Below, piece after piece: positions 10,399 through 19,752 of a stretch of 64,000 bases of DNA. Below the pieces are notes generated by a model, which ran no database searches, had not been told where the DNA came from, and saw only the letters and a program-made list of their open reading frames with translations. The DNA lies in the NCBI GenBank assembly GCA_964532425.1, contig CAZHIA010000006.1:1343-65342 (forward strand), written 5' to 3'. The stretch comes from an uncultured Candidatus Saccharibacteria bacterium (GTDB lineage: Bacteria > Patescibacteriota > Doudnabacteria > UBA920). The translations under genes and the position numbers were made by a program. Positions within the stretch are counted from its first letter, which is position 1; every line of letters begins with the position of its first letter.

Positions 10399-11898
10399 AT
10401 GAATAGTTATATGAATTTTGAATATCTTGAACTAACTGAATTGCGAAAGTTGCTAGATGAGAAAAAAGTTTCGTCCGTTGAGCTGACGAAATATTTTTTG
10501 GAACGCATCAAGGCCCATAATCCGGAAATGAATGCGTTCCTGACGGTGTCGGAAGAGCAGGCCCTCAAAGACGCACAGAAAGCGGATGAATTTATTGCCA
10601 GTCCGGGTGAAAACCCTGCTCTGTGCGGTATTCCGTACGCGGCCAAGGACTTGTTTTGCACCAAAGGCATCCGCACGACCGCGGCTTCCAAAATTCTGGA
10701 CAATTATATTCCGCCATACGACGCTACCTCGATCAAAAAAATCAAAGCGCAGCATGGTGTTTTGCTCGGCAAGACAAACCTGGACCAATTTGCACACGGC
10801 TCTTCAGGTGAGACCTCAGCCTATGGCCCTACCCAAAATGCCTGGGACAAGACACGCATGCCCGGCGGTTCTTCTTCCGGCTCAGCCACAGCAGTGGCTG
10901 CCGGTCTTGCTCCCTGGGCGACCGCGACGGAAACAGGCGGCAGCATCCGCCAGCCAGCCAGCTTATCTGGCATCTCCGGGTGGAAGCCGACGTATGGTCG
11001 CGTCTCCCGTTATGGCGTGATCGCCATGGGTTCATCGCTTGATTCAATCGGTGCTATGGCGTATTCGGTCAGGGACCTGGCGATGATCGCCGAGGTGATG
11101 GCCGGGCAGGATGAACGAGACGGCACGACCGGACCGGTGGAGGTACCGGAGTATTCCAAACTTTTGAATACCGACCTTTCGGGTATCCGCGTGGGTATAC
11201 CGAACGAATACTTTATTGAAGGCATGGAAGACGGGGTTAAGCAGCGCGTCGTCGAAGCAATCAAAGAACTCGAAAAACTCGGTGCTCAGCTGGTGGAAGT
11301 GAATCTGCCGAATACCAAGTACGGTTCACTCGTGTACGCGATTGTTTGTCCGAGCGAGGTGTCATCCAATTTAGCCCGTTATGACGGCATTCGTTACGGC
11401 CATGTCACCAGAGAGGCTCAGGACCTGTTGGAAGTCTATGAAAAGTCCCGCGCCGAAGGCTTCGGTAACGAAGCTAAGCGTCGCATTATGATTGGTACTT
11501 ATGTCTTGTCCGCCGGATACTATGATGCGTACTATAAGCGCGCCCAAAAAGTGCGCCGCCTGATTGTAAATGAATTTACGGAAGCTTTTAAGAATGTCGA
11601 TGTCCTGGCTTGTCCTTCCACGCCGAATGTGGCGCTGAAGCTTGGCAAGGCCGCGGAAGATCCGCTATTCGGCTACATAGCCGACCAGTTGAATATTCCT
11701 GGTTCCCTTGCCGGCCTGCCGTCGCTGTCCGTACCCTGCGGGTTTTCCCGTCCAGCCGATGGCGATACGCCGTCCATGGACGGCCTTCCGGTCGGACTGC
11801 AAATCATCGGCCCGCAATTCGGCGAACAGAAAATCTTCAACGTTGGTCATGCTTACCAGCAGGCCACCGAATGGCATAAGAAGCACCCTTCATCTTAG
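10399..11898 (+). CDS. gatA: Glutamyl-tRNA(Gln) amidotransferase subunit A (amidase)
   Basis: 499 aa; amidase signature GGSSSGSATAVA; Ser-cisSer-Lys context. Confidence 0.9.
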   Translation: MNSYMNFEYLELTELRKLLDEKKVSSVELTKYFLERIKAHNPEMNAFLTVSEEQALKDAQKADEFIASPGENPALCGIPYAAKDLFCTKGIRTTAASKILDNYIPPYDATSIKKIKAQHGVLLGKTNLDQFAHGSSGETSAYGPTQNAWDKTRMPGGSSSGSATAVAAGLAPWATATETGGSIRQPASLSGISGWKPTYGRVSRYGVIAMGSSLDSIGAMAYSVRDLAMIAEVMAGQDERDGTTGPVEVPEYSKLLNTDLSGIRVGIPNEYFIEGMEDGVKQRVVEAIKELEKLGAQLVEVNLPNTKYGSLVYAIVCPSEVSSNLARYDGIRYGHVTREAQDLLEVYEKSRAEGFGNEAKRRIMIGTYVLSAGYYDAYYKRAQKVRRLIVNEFTEAFKNVDVLACPSTPNVALKLGKAAEDPLFGYIADQLNIPGSLAGLPSLSVPCGFSRPADGDTPSMDGLPVGLQIIGPQFGEQKIFNVGHAYQQATEWHKKHPSS

Positions 11899-11922
11899 AA
11901 GTTAGAGTTGGGGTACACCAGT

Positions 11923-12192
11923 ATGAATGTAAAAATAAAGCATAGTTTAATCGGATTAGGAGTAGGCCTAATTGCGGACGTCGTGCTGACTTTTTTATTC
12001 GTTGTACTCGTTGGGATTTTTTGGGAGAGCGGCAAGGATGTGGTCAAACCCACAACGCATGTTATAGATCAGGTAATCAATTATATAGCCCTTGCTATCA
12101 TTTTTGGTACTCCAGTAATTGGAACAGTGTGGGGATATCTTAACGGAGTAAAAGCTAACAGACCACCTGCACCGCCAAAACCGCAGCGGTAG
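11923..12192 (+). CDS. Small hypothetical membrane protein inserted between gatA and gatB
   Basis: About 89 aa with two hydrophobic helices (LIGLGVGLIADVVLTFLFVVLVGIFW; IALAIIFGTPVIGTVWGYL); start ATG 11923 in frame with track ORF 11908. Confidence 0.4.
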   Translation: MNVKIKHSLIGLGVGLIADVVLTFLFVVLVGIFWESGKDVVKPTTHVIDQVINYIALAIIFGTPVIGTVWGYLNGVKANRPPAPPKPQR

Positions 12193-12243
12193 ATAGTTTT
12201 TTAACACGCATTATTGCAAGGTTAATTAATAAACTCTTTAAGC

Positions 12244-13743
12244 ATGAAAAAGTTCGAGTCTTCAACTGAATATCAGCCTGTTATCGGCTTTGAAATCCAT
12301 GTCGAGTTGGCGACTAAGTCTAAGATGTTTTCTCCGGCGCCGAACAATCCGGACGAAAAGACTCCGAACACGAATATCGACGAGATCGTAACAGCCCAGC
12401 CAGGGACACTACCGGTGGCCAACAAGGAAGCTATCCGTTTGTCCGCCATGGTTGGTCTGGCTTTGAATTGTCGAATAGACGAGTGGAGCAAGTTCGATCG
12501 CAAGCACTATTTCTACCCCGACCTGCCCAAAGGCTACCAAATTTCCCAGTATGACCAGCCTATTTCGAAAGAAGGGTTTCTGGATGTGATGATCGCGGGC
12601 AAGGTCAAGAGAATCGGGATTACCCGCGCACATTTGGAAGAAGATGCCGGCAAGAATGTGCATCCGGAAGGATTGCCGTACAGCCTGGTGGATTATAATC
12701 GCGCAGGCTGCGCGCTGCTCGAGATCGTGACCGAGCCTGACATAGAAAGCGGGGAAGAAGCCCGCGTGTTTTTGCAGGAGCTGCGCAATATTATCCGCTA
12801 CGTGGGAGCGTCGAGTGCGGATATGGAAAAAGGCACGATGCGCGTGGAGCCGAACATTTCCGTACGCAAGCCTGGTGAGACAACGCTGCCGAAATACAAA
12901 GTGGAAGTCAAGAACATCAACTCGTTCAAATTTGCCGAGGCTGCCATTAATTATGAAATTGCCAGGCAGACCGAGATTTTAAAGGAAGGCGGTACGCCCA
13001 AGCAGGTCACCATGGGGTGGAATGAACGTGAAAACTGCACGGTAGAGCAGCGCAGCAAGGAAGAAGCCAATGACTACCGTTATTTTCCGGAACCTGACTT
13101 GCCGGTGCTGCAATTCACCAAAGACTATCTGGATGACCTTCGCATGCGCTTGCCCGAGTTGCCTGCGCAAAAGCGCGCACGCTTTAAAGACGAGTATAAC
13201 CTGCCTGACGGTGATACCGAGAACCTGATCAATTGGAAGGAGTTAGCATATTACTTTGAGGATGTAGTTTCCGAATTGAACGAATGGCTCAAGGAAGAGC
13301 CGGGAACCGGACTGGACATTAATCAACTGATCAAACAGGCTGCCAACTGGTGCCTTCAGGATTTTTCTGCGCTGCTCAATGCTCAGGGTTTTAAGCCAGC
13401 TGATAGCCGGGTAACTGCGGAAAATATGGCTGAATTGATCAAGCTCATCCAGCAAGGGAAGATTTCCGGGTCTGCAGCCAAGCAGGTTTTTAAGGTCATG
13501 TTCGAAAAAGGTGGCGAACCGGATAATATCATGCAAGACCTGGGTCTTGAACAGACAAGCGATGAAGGCGCGATTGGCGAAGCAATCGACAAAGTCATTG
13601 CCGCGAACGAAAAAGCTGTTACCGACTTCAGGGCTGGACAGGAAAAATCATTTGGCTTTTTAGTTGGCCAAACAATGAAAGAGCTTAAAGGCAAAGGCAA
13701 TCCGCAGATTATCAATGAAGTGCTGCGTAAAAAGCTTGGTTGA
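12244..13743 (+). CDS. gatB: Asp-tRNA(Asn)/Glu-tRNA(Gln) amidotransferase subunit B
   Basis: 499 aa; N-terminal PVIGFEIHVELATKSKMF and C-terminal GatB/YqeY domain. Confidence 0.9.
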   Translation: MKKFESSTEYQPVIGFEIHVELATKSKMFSPAPNNPDEKTPNTNIDEIVTAQPGTLPVANKEAIRLSAMVGLALNCRIDEWSKFDRKHYFYPDLPKGYQISQYDQPISKEGFLDVMIAGKVKRIGITRAHLEEDAGKNVHPEGLPYSLVDYNRAGCALLEIVTEPDIESGEEARVFLQELRNIIRYVGASSADMEKGTMRVEPNISVRKPGETTLPKYKVEVKNINSFKFAEAAINYEIARQTEILKEGGTPKQVTMGWNERENCTVEQRSKEEANDYRYFPEPDLPVLQFTKDYLDDLRMRLPELPAQKRARFKDEYNLPDGDTENLINWKELAYYFEDVVSELNEWLKEEPGTGLDINQLIKQAANWCLQDFSALLNAQGFKPADSRVTAENMAELIKLIQQGKISGSAAKQVFKVMFEKGGEPDNIMQDLGLEQTSDEGAIGEAIDKVIAANEKAVTDFRAGQEKSFGFLVGQTMKELKGKGNPQIINEVLRKKLG

Positions 13744-13763
13744 AAGTGAATGATATCTTAAGA

Positions 13764-13808
13764 TACCCCGGGTGATCTCCGATGAACGGAGGCCTGGGGT
13801 GTTTTTAT
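13764..13808 (+). terminator. Intrinsic terminator after gatB
   Basis: ACCCCGGG...CCTGGGGT imperfect stem followed by GTTTTTATT. Confidence 0.45.
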
Positions 13809-13827
13809 TGTACGGAAACGTGTTTCG

Positions 13828-14061
13828 CTAAGTATGTATCTTATCCGGCGAATGCGGTGCTAATGCCTTCCTTCCGCTGCTGTATAAGGCCAGATCTTGT
13901 CGTAGCCTGCTTAGTCGCATCTTGATTCGCCGTAAGGCCTCCGCCACTTCGGTTGCCTCGCGAGCGGGGTGTTTTTTAAGCATCTGCATTTCCTCAATGA
14001 TCGCCTCGTATTCGGCTATAAAGTAATGCGGGTTCAATCCGCGTTTCCTATGGTTATGCAT
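13828..14061 (-). CDS. Hypothetical small protein
   Basis: ORF-track ORF 13828-14160, 110 aa; alternative internal start at 14061 with overlapping AGGAGG; helical, no motif. Confidence 0.3.
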   Translation of the reverse strand: MHNHRKRGLNPHYFIAEYEAIIEEMQMLKKHPAREATEVAEALRRIKMRLSRLRQDLALYSSGRKALAPHSPDKIHT

Positions 14062-14158
14062 GATCCTCCTGTACGAATGTTGGGATACAGTATACACGAC
14101 GGATGAAACCGTAATGATTAAAGCCGCGCAGGTACGTCTTATGCAAGTAAGGAGACTC

Positions 14159-15334
14159 ATGCCTATGGCAGAAAAGAATACCAGTTTACCAAAGGGTTTT
14201 TTGTTCGGAACTTCCTCTGCCGCCCATCAGGTTGAAGGTGAAAACATTTCGAGTGATTGGTGGCACTATGAAAGGATTGGCCGTCTTCCAAAATCCGGGA
14301 AATGTGCAGATCATTTTCACCGATTCCGTGAAGATTTCTCCCTGGCAGCCGGGTGCGGTATGGATGTCATGCGTATTTCCATTGAATGGAGCAGGATCGA
14401 GCCGGAAGCAGGGAGGTGGGACAGCTCCGCAATAGAACACTACCGGTCCGTCCTGGTTGCTATGAGGGCAATGGGATTGCTGCGCATCGTTACGCTGTTT
14501 CATTTTACTCTGCCACTTTGGTTTTATCGCCAGGGAGGTTTTTCGCGCAAAGCCAACATTGCATACTTTTCGAGATTCGCGAAGTTTATCGCGCATGAAC
14601 TGGGTGATGAGGTGGATATGTGGGTGACCGTGAACGAACCCGAGGTATATGCAGCAGCCGGTTTTCTCCAGGGTAGTCGGCCGCCGTTTGTGCGCAATCC
14701 ATTGCATTTTTGGTCTGTCTATCGCAATTTGCTAGACACGCACCGGGCTGCCTATGCTGCAATCAAAGAGGGTGGCAGTAATACACCGGTTGGGGTGGCT
14801 GTCAGTGCCGCATATTTTACCTCTTCACGGCGTAGTTTATCAGCCATGGCAGCTGCAGCAGGTAGACAGTGGATTTCCGGAATTGCTCGCACCTGCGATT
14901 TTATCGGTTTGAATTATTATTTTGCATATAACCTCGCATTCTCTTTGAGGCGGGGAATTCGGATCGTGAACCGGGATCAACCGTTTTCGGACATGGGATA
15001 CCGGGCCTATCCCGAAGGTCTGCTGCGAGTCCTCAGAGATTTTTCGCGCTTTGGGAAGCCGTTGTATATTACAGAGAATGGTATTGCGAATGCTGCTGAA
15101 GATATGCGCGTGCGGTTCATTGTTGAGCATATAGAAGCTGCTCTGAGCGCGCGTGAACAGGGGGTTGATGTGAGAGGGTACTTGTATTGGTCGCTTACTG
15201 ATACCTACGAATGGCAGCAGGGATTTGATTTAAAATTTGGACTGGTGGAGATCGACTACAGCACCTTGGAGCGTAAACCGCGAGCGAGTTATTATGAATT
15301 GAAAAGATTGATAGGATCGAAGAATATACACTAA
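14159..15334 (+). CDS. Glycoside hydrolase family 1 (beta-glucosidase/beta-galactosidase-like)
   Basis: LPKGFLFGTSSAAHQVEGE N-terminal signature, acid/base TVNEP, nucleophile ITENG. Start at ATG 14159 with AGGAG RBS 5 nt upstream (ORF track 14060). Confidence 0.8.
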   Translation: MPMAEKNTSLPKGFLFGTSSAAHQVEGENISSDWWHYERIGRLPKSGKCADHFHRFREDFSLAAGCGMDVMRISIEWSRIEPEAGRWDSSAIEHYRSVLVAMRAMGLLRIVTLFHFTLPLWFYRQGGFSRKANIAYFSRFAKFIAHELGDEVDMWVTVNEPEVYAAAGFLQGSRPPFVRNPLHFWSVYRNLLDTHRAAYAAIKEGGSNTPVGVAVSAAYFTSSRRSLSAMAAAAGRQWISGIARTCDFIGLNYYFAYNLAFSLRRGIRIVNRDQPFSDMGYRAYPEGLLRVLRDFSRFGKPLYITENGIANAAEDMRVRFIVEHIEAALSAREQGVDVRGYLYWSLTDTYEWQQGFDLKFGLVEIDYSTLERKPRASYYELKRLIGSKNIH

Positions 15335-15338
15335 TACC

Positions 15339-15376
15339 AACGATGATCATTCGCGGGCGCGAATGATCATCGTTTT
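15339..15376 (+). terminator. Intrinsic terminator after GH1 gene
   Basis: Perfect 16-bp stem AACGATGATCATTCGCG-GGC-GCGAATGATCATCGTT followed by TTTG. Confidence 0.7.
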
Positions 15377-15410
15377 GAAGATTAATGGGGGTTTGGTGGT
15401 GTCGAGAAAT

Positions 15411-15451
15411 AAAACACCCGCTCGGCGTCAGTACGAAGAGCGGGTGGTTTT
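15411..15451 (-). terminator. Bidirectional terminator serving minus-strand gene 15468-15857
   Basis: AAAA-CACCCGCTC-loop-GAGCGGGTG-GTTTT. Confidence 0.6.
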
Positions 15452-15467
15452 GTGTAATCCCCAGCGG

Positions 15468-15857
15468 CTAGCGCGATGGTTTTTTTAGGTACATGGTCGG
15501 TTCGGGTGCGTGCTGGACCCAGCGCATGACTTTGCGGCAAAACTCAAAGTGCAGCGGGCACTTGGGGCTTTGCAGCGTTTGCTTGAAGAACGTTTGGTTC
15601 AGTGTCCAATCGTCGATGCCTGAGAGTCTCCGCATCTTGCGCTCGATGGGGCGTTTGGCGTCCTTGTACACTTCGGAAAACAGCACGTAGTGATCGAGGC
15701 CAATGCCTTCGAACATGAGACAGACATGGTCTATGACCAAGTCGCGGGCCGCGCCCTTGTGCTGCTTGAGCAGCGCTTTTCGCGTGTTAATCAGCCGGAG
15801 CTCTTGGTATGCGCTCCGGTACTGCTTGTCTTTCCGCATGCTTGCTTGCTTATCCAT
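15468..15857 (-). CDS. Hypothetical protein
   Basis: 129-aa ORF; basic, no motif recognised. Confidence 0.4.
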   Translation of the reverse strand: MDKQASMRKDKQYRSAYQELRLINTRKALLKQHKGAARDLVIDHVCLMFEGIGLDHYVLFSEVYKDAKRPIERKMRRLSGIDDWTLNQTFFKQTLQSPKCPLHFEFCRKVMRWVQHAPEPTMYLKKPSR

Positions 15858-15877
15858 TATCCAGTGATTCTCCTATT

Positions 15878-16165
15878 TCAGTAGGTGGCTTTCATAGCGC
15901 GCAATCCGCGCGCCGTGCGGACGATTTTTGATAACCGAACCACTTCTCCGAGTTCCGGCCGTTTCTGCTGGTGCCAGACCGGTTTTGTGATGGTGAATGT
16001 GATTTTTTCAGATTCATCCTCAGGCTGGCAGACGGCATACGCGTGTTTATTGGGCTTGCGCGGCTGGACGATTTCCAAGATCACGGCAATTACTGGCGGG
16101 CTGCTTCCTGGTAGCTGTCCCGTGGGGGGGTCCGACATTCTTCCTCCTATTGACTCTGCGGACAA
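15878..16165 (-). CDS. Hypothetical protein
   Basis: 95-aa ORF immediately upstream of and co-directional with 15468-15857. Confidence 0.3.
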   Translation of the reverse strand: MSAESIGGRMSDPPTGQLPGSSPPVIAVILEIVQPRKPNKHAYAVCQPEDESEKITFTITKPVWHQQKRPELGEVVRLSKIVRTARGLRAMKATY

Positions 16166-16272
16166 AGGTGTAGAGTATCACAATTTACTACGGATGTCCA
16201 TTGCTAAAATGTCGGAGCAAAGTAAAAACCGGCCAACCTAAGGTTGGCCGGTTCAATGTCCGACGAGGCGGA

Positions 16273-17052
16273 CTAGCGCTTTACAAACCTGCGGCTACAC
16301 AACGCGGCGCCGGCCAGTCCTAGACCGGTCAACGCCATTGTGGCCGGTTCAGGAACTTCGCCACCCTTCGGCGGCGGCATGATGATCATCGTGGCAGATG
16401 TGGACGGCCCAGCCGTGCTCCAGCCAGAAATGTCGGTGTAAGGACCCCAAGAGTATGCCCCTTTGGCGCGTCCTTGGTCGAAGATCTGGTCAGTGCGAAG
16501 GTTCATCGACATCCACCAGTTGTCGTAGTTACTAAAGCCACTCCGTGTCTGGGTGGTGGTGCCGGATCCCGGACAAGCACCATTCTCGATGCCGGTGCAG
16601 TCCCAGTTCGAGACAGTACTTGCGAGCAATATCTCTAGGGAGTTGCCCTTGCCACCGCTCATGTACAACTCGCCAGTGAGCGGGTAAAAGGTAAATCCGA
16701 AATAGTTGCTCAGGGTGTTTGTGAGTGTGGCCGTCTGATTATAGTTGGTCCCTGCAGCGCCACTGAGCAGATCGGTGTTATTCCAGAACGTCCTGGTGTC
16801 CTGCACCGAACTGCTGAAGCCGCCGCTTACCCACGGATTGCTGGGGTCGCCCGACAGATTACTCCATGTGTCGAGTGTGAGATCAATGTAGTGACCCTGA
16901 CCCTGACTGGTGCAAAGGGCCAATCCGGCGCCGAGAGGCGTGCATGAGCCGGAGCCTGTGCCTTCCGAGAGTAAATTTGTCGTTATCGGGGCTGCGGTCG
17001 CTGAAACGACGACGGCCAGCATGATCAGAATCGCACAGATCGTATTGCGCAT
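16273..17052 (-). CDS. Secreted protein with C-terminal PEP-CTERM sorting signal
   Basis: N-terminal signal peptide MRNTICAILIMLAVVVSATAAP; C-terminus EVPEPATMALTGLGLAGAALCSRRFVKR (PEP motif, hydrophobic helix, basic tail); Gly/Ser/Thr/Asn-rich body. Confidence 0.7.
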   Translation of the reverse strand: MRNTICAILIMLAVVVSATAAPITTNLLSEGTGSGSCTPLGAGLALCTSQGQGHYIDLTLDTWSNLSGDPSNPWVSGGFSSSVQDTRTFWNNTDLLSGAAGTNYNQTATLTNTLSNYFGFTFYPLTGELYMSGGKGNSLEILLASTVSNWDCTGIENGACPGSGTTTQTRSGFSNYDNWWMSMNLRTDQIFDQGRAKGAYSWGPYTDISGWSTAGPSTSATMIIMPPPKGGEVPEPATMALTGLGLAGAALCSRRFVKR

Positions 17053-17100
17053 CTAAAATCCTCCTTGGGGACTGTTTTGATGTGCTGCCTGGTTGTGACG

Positions 17101-17243
17101 TGCTGCAATGAGCTTATAAAAGGCCTCATTGCAGCAGAACGTTTGAGTATGCGTCACCAGGTACGGTGACCGGATAATATAGCATAATTACGCGAAATTG
17201 TCAAGACCTCTACTTTGACAATTACTCGGGAGTTTTATACACT
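17101..17243 (+). promoter_or_regulatory. Divergent control region: three palindromes plus candidate sigma70 promoter of island gene A
   Basis: 12-bp perfect IR TGCTGCAATGAG/CTCATTGCAGCA (17101-17136); palindrome GTCACCAGGTACGGTGAC (17153-17170); AATTGTCAA-N10-TTGACAATT (17196-17223) overlapping -35 TTGACA 17215-17220, 17-nt spacer, -10 TACACT 17238-17243. Confidence 0.45.
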
Positions 17244-17287
17244 AGTACGATTGTTTGTTTTCAAACGAGAAATACAAAGGAGGGGAT

Positions 17288-18169
17288 ATGAACATTCCCG
17301 CAATTATCAAAGCGGTGGAAGCGGATGATTTTTCCTTTATGGAAGGCATCCGTTTAGGAAAGAAGGCTTATACACTCACTGTGGAAGGGCTGAAAAAGTC
17401 AGTGAAGGATGGGACATTCCCCAAAATTCACGGATACGCGGCGCTTGCCCGAGTGACCGTGAGTAATGATGCGCATGTGACCCATCTTGCCCATCATGGA
17501 CTCATCGACAAATCCGGCGAAAAGGGTGTTTGGGTTTTTCTGCCAGCTTTGTTTGTCGGACTCAAAGCCGAGCAATCGGACAATGGGCAGCCTTCGGCAG
17601 GAAATCATTCGCAAGACGCCAAATCCAAACAGATCTTCTACGCGGTTAAGTCCCGCGCAGTCGAAAACATGGTGGTCTTCACCAAGGATTTGCGACAGCA
17701 GGTGGCGGACGAAGTCGGCTGTCGAGCCAGTTACGTGGGGCAGGTCATGCTCGGCGCGGAGGAGCGCGGTTTGGTCAGGCTCCAGGATCGCAAGATGCGC
17801 GGTTTTGGCTACCAGATCGTTTTTCTGGAAGAAGCCCAGCCGCCTGCGGCCGATCCGCGTATCGTGGATACGGATCAGGAAGAGCCTGGAGAAGTTCCGG
17901 TGCCGGAAGATCCCCCGAACAATCAACCTCAACCGGCCCAGGCTGCGGCTTCTGTCGGTGATGCGCCCGCGGATGTTTCCGCGCAATCGATCATCCGACT
18001 GTATGATGACGAGATCGCCGAATGCGACCGGCAGATCGAAGCGGAAACCGCGCGGATGAAACATGCTCTGGAAACCCTGCAGGCCAAGAAGGATGGCCTT
18101 TCGCGGATGCGCGACGAGGTCCGGCATAAGGCCGAGCAGGTCCGCGAGTCCATCGTGAATAAGCAGTAA
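17288..18169 (+). CDS. Hypothetical protein with winged-helix-like segment and C-terminal coiled coil (island gene A)
   Basis: RBS AAGGAGGGG then ATG 17288; segment KDLRQQVADEVGCRASYVGQVMLGAEERGLVRL resembles an HTH; acidic Pro-rich linker; C-terminal heptad-rich tail. Confidence 0.55.
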   Translation: MNIPAIIKAVEADDFSFMEGIRLGKKAYTLTVEGLKKSVKDGTFPKIHGYAALARVTVSNDAHVTHLAHHGLIDKSGEKGVWVFLPALFVGLKAEQSDNGQPSAGNHSQDAKSKQIFYAVKSRAVENMVVFTKDLRQQVADEVGCRASYVGQVMLGAEERGLVRLQDRKMRGFGYQIVFLEEAQPPAADPRIVDTDQEEPGEVPVPEDPPNNQPQPAQAAASVGDAPADVSAQSIIRLYDDEIAECDRQIEAETARMKHALETLQAKKDGLSRMRDEVRHKAEQVRESIVNKQ

Positions 18170-18176
18170 GCCACAA

Positions 18177-18208
18177 GCCCGAAGCTAAAAGCTTCGGGCC
18201 TCTTTTTT
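18177..18208 (+). terminator. Intrinsic terminator after island gene A
   Basis: GCCCGAAGC-TAAAA-GCTTCGGGC followed by CTCTTTTTT. Confidence 0.7.
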
Positions 18209-18212
18209 ACTC

Positions 18213-18241
18213 TTGATAATTAACAGCTTATAGCCTATGAT
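18213..18241 (+). promoter_or_regulatory. Candidate sigma70 promoter of island gene B
   Basis: TTGATA (18213-18218), 17-nt spacer, TATGAT (18236-18241). Confidence 0.5.
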
Positions 18242-18266
18242 AGGAGGAAATCTTCCAGGAGGAATT

Positions 18267-19481
18267 ATGCGAGAATCGCAGGGGAAAGCCGTAGCGAGGG
18301 CGTACTTTTACCAGAGTTTTCTGCCTTCGTGCCTGACCGCTTCGCAGCTGCAACACGGCAATTTTCTCCTGCTCTTGGGAGAACAACCGCGCGAGCTGCC
18401 GTATCTGCAGGAACTGCGCGTGCCGATGAATCAGATCTGGTCGGTGGAAAACCAGCACGCGATATTCTTGAAGCAGCTTCAATTCCGTGAACAGGGGCAT
18501 TTGCCGATCTCTCTCTACTACGGGGACATGGCTGAGTATGTGCAGTACCTTCTCCACGAAAATAAAGAGTTCCTAGTTCTCGGCTTGGATGTTGAAGGCA
18601 GTTTCTTAAACCAGCTTGATCCGGCCATGACTTCGGTCATGCTCTTCTGCTGGAGGGCTCCGCAGTCCGTGGTGGCCACCTATTCCAGCGTGGGTCGTGA
18701 CCGCTTCATGGTTTGGGAAGGGTTGAAATCCCTGGCGCTGTTTCTGGCCATTGCGCCAAAACAGACAGCCGAATTTTTGGCGGTCTTAAGCCTGCGGTAC
18801 GAGCGGGCTGGCTTCACCGAGCCGGTGAGTATGGTCTTAAGAGACTTGTTTTGGATCAGAAGCCACTTGGAGCATACGCTTATGGCTTCCGTCGTGGTTG
18901 GTGCCGTACCGGGCAGCTTTTACCGTGAGTGCGCGCAATTACAGGAGAGTCTGTGGCAAGCGGTGAAGAAACAGCGCCGCTTTCCGCTGTCCATGGGTTT
19001 TCTCCAGGCGTGCGTCAAATCATGGCTGAAAGATAATCGTATCGCATTCGGCAACCACTTTAACAAAAACCGCAGCTTAGGGCTCTCTTGGGATACGCTG
19101 GCCCACGTGGTATACAATGCCGAGCATCCCTGGTCGCAGCTTTGCTACTTTGCCAAGTTCCGTAATGACGGCAATTTGATCTCCTGCAAGGTATGGCTGC
19201 TCCAAGTGCTCGAATTGTTTATGCGTCAGCCGCTTCTCTACATTGCCCGTTCCGGCAAAACCTACGAGCTGGACGGTCGCGTGCGCGACCTCTCGGAGCT
19301 GGCATCAGTAGCCTTGCTGAAAGGCAATAATCGAACCGATCGCAAAGGCGACCGGGAGATATACCGGCTGTTCAAACCGCGCCAGCTGGAAGCACGAACG
19401 TTGGTGCCGCATGTGCGCGGCATCACGCAGACCATTCTTGCTATTCGCAAGAGCAACGGGTATCATGGCAATAGCATGTAG
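18267..19481 (+). CDS. Hypothetical protein (island gene B)
   Basis: About 404 aa from ATG 18267 preceded by CAGGAGGAAT RBS (track ORF starts 18237); no recognised domain. Confidence 0.5.
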   Translation: MRESQGKAVARAYFYQSFLPSCLTASQLQHGNFLLLLGEQPRELPYLQELRVPMNQIWSVENQHAIFLKQLQFREQGHLPISLYYGDMAEYVQYLLHENKEFLVLGLDVEGSFLNQLDPAMTSVMLFCWRAPQSVVATYSSVGRDRFMVWEGLKSLALFLAIAPKQTAEFLAVLSLRYERAGFTEPVSMVLRDLFWIRSHLEHTLMASVVVGAVPGSFYRECAQLQESLWQAVKKQRRFPLSMGFLQACVKSWLKDNRIAFGNHFNKNRSLGLSWDTLAHVVYNAEHPWSQLCYFAKFRNDGNLISCKVWLLQVLELFMRQPLLYIARSGKTYELDGRVRDLSELASVALLKGNNRTDRKGDREIYRLFKPRQLEARTLVPHVRGITQTILAIRKSNGYHGNSM

Positions 19482-19509
19482 TGCGCCAACACCAGGAGGC
19501 AACAATATC

Positions 19510-19752
19510 ATGGCTCATACCAAACTACGCAAGAACCATGCAGATAATGCTCCAGTTGCACCGAAAGGGACTCCGTACCTGGACGGTACCGGGAACCTGA
19601 CGCAGTGGGGTAAAAAGCGAATCAAGTTTGTCGGCGCGAAATGCGTCAACGTCAACCAGCTCATAGCCAAACTGCCGCCGTACGTGGCAGAACTGGTAGA
19701 CCGCCAGACGCTGATCGCCTTGCTGGCCATCTCGCACCGGCCGTCATCGTAA
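19510..19752 (+). CDS. Small hypothetical protein (island gene C)
   Basis: 80 aa from ATG 19510 with AGGAGG RBS 10 nt upstream; MAHTKLRKNHADNAPVAPKGTPYLDGTGNLTQWGKKRIKFVGAKCVNV. Confidence 0.4.
   Translation: MAHTKLRKNHADNAPVAPKGTPYLDGTGNLTQWGKKRIKFVGAKCVNVNQLIAKLPPYVAELVDRQTLIALLAISHRPSS

Noticed and set aside
14060-14158. Upstream extension of the GH1 ORF (track start 14060)
   Set aside because: The extension overlaps the convergent small gene and has no RBS. ATG 14159 has AGGAG 5 nt upstream and begins just before the conserved GH1 N-terminal signature.
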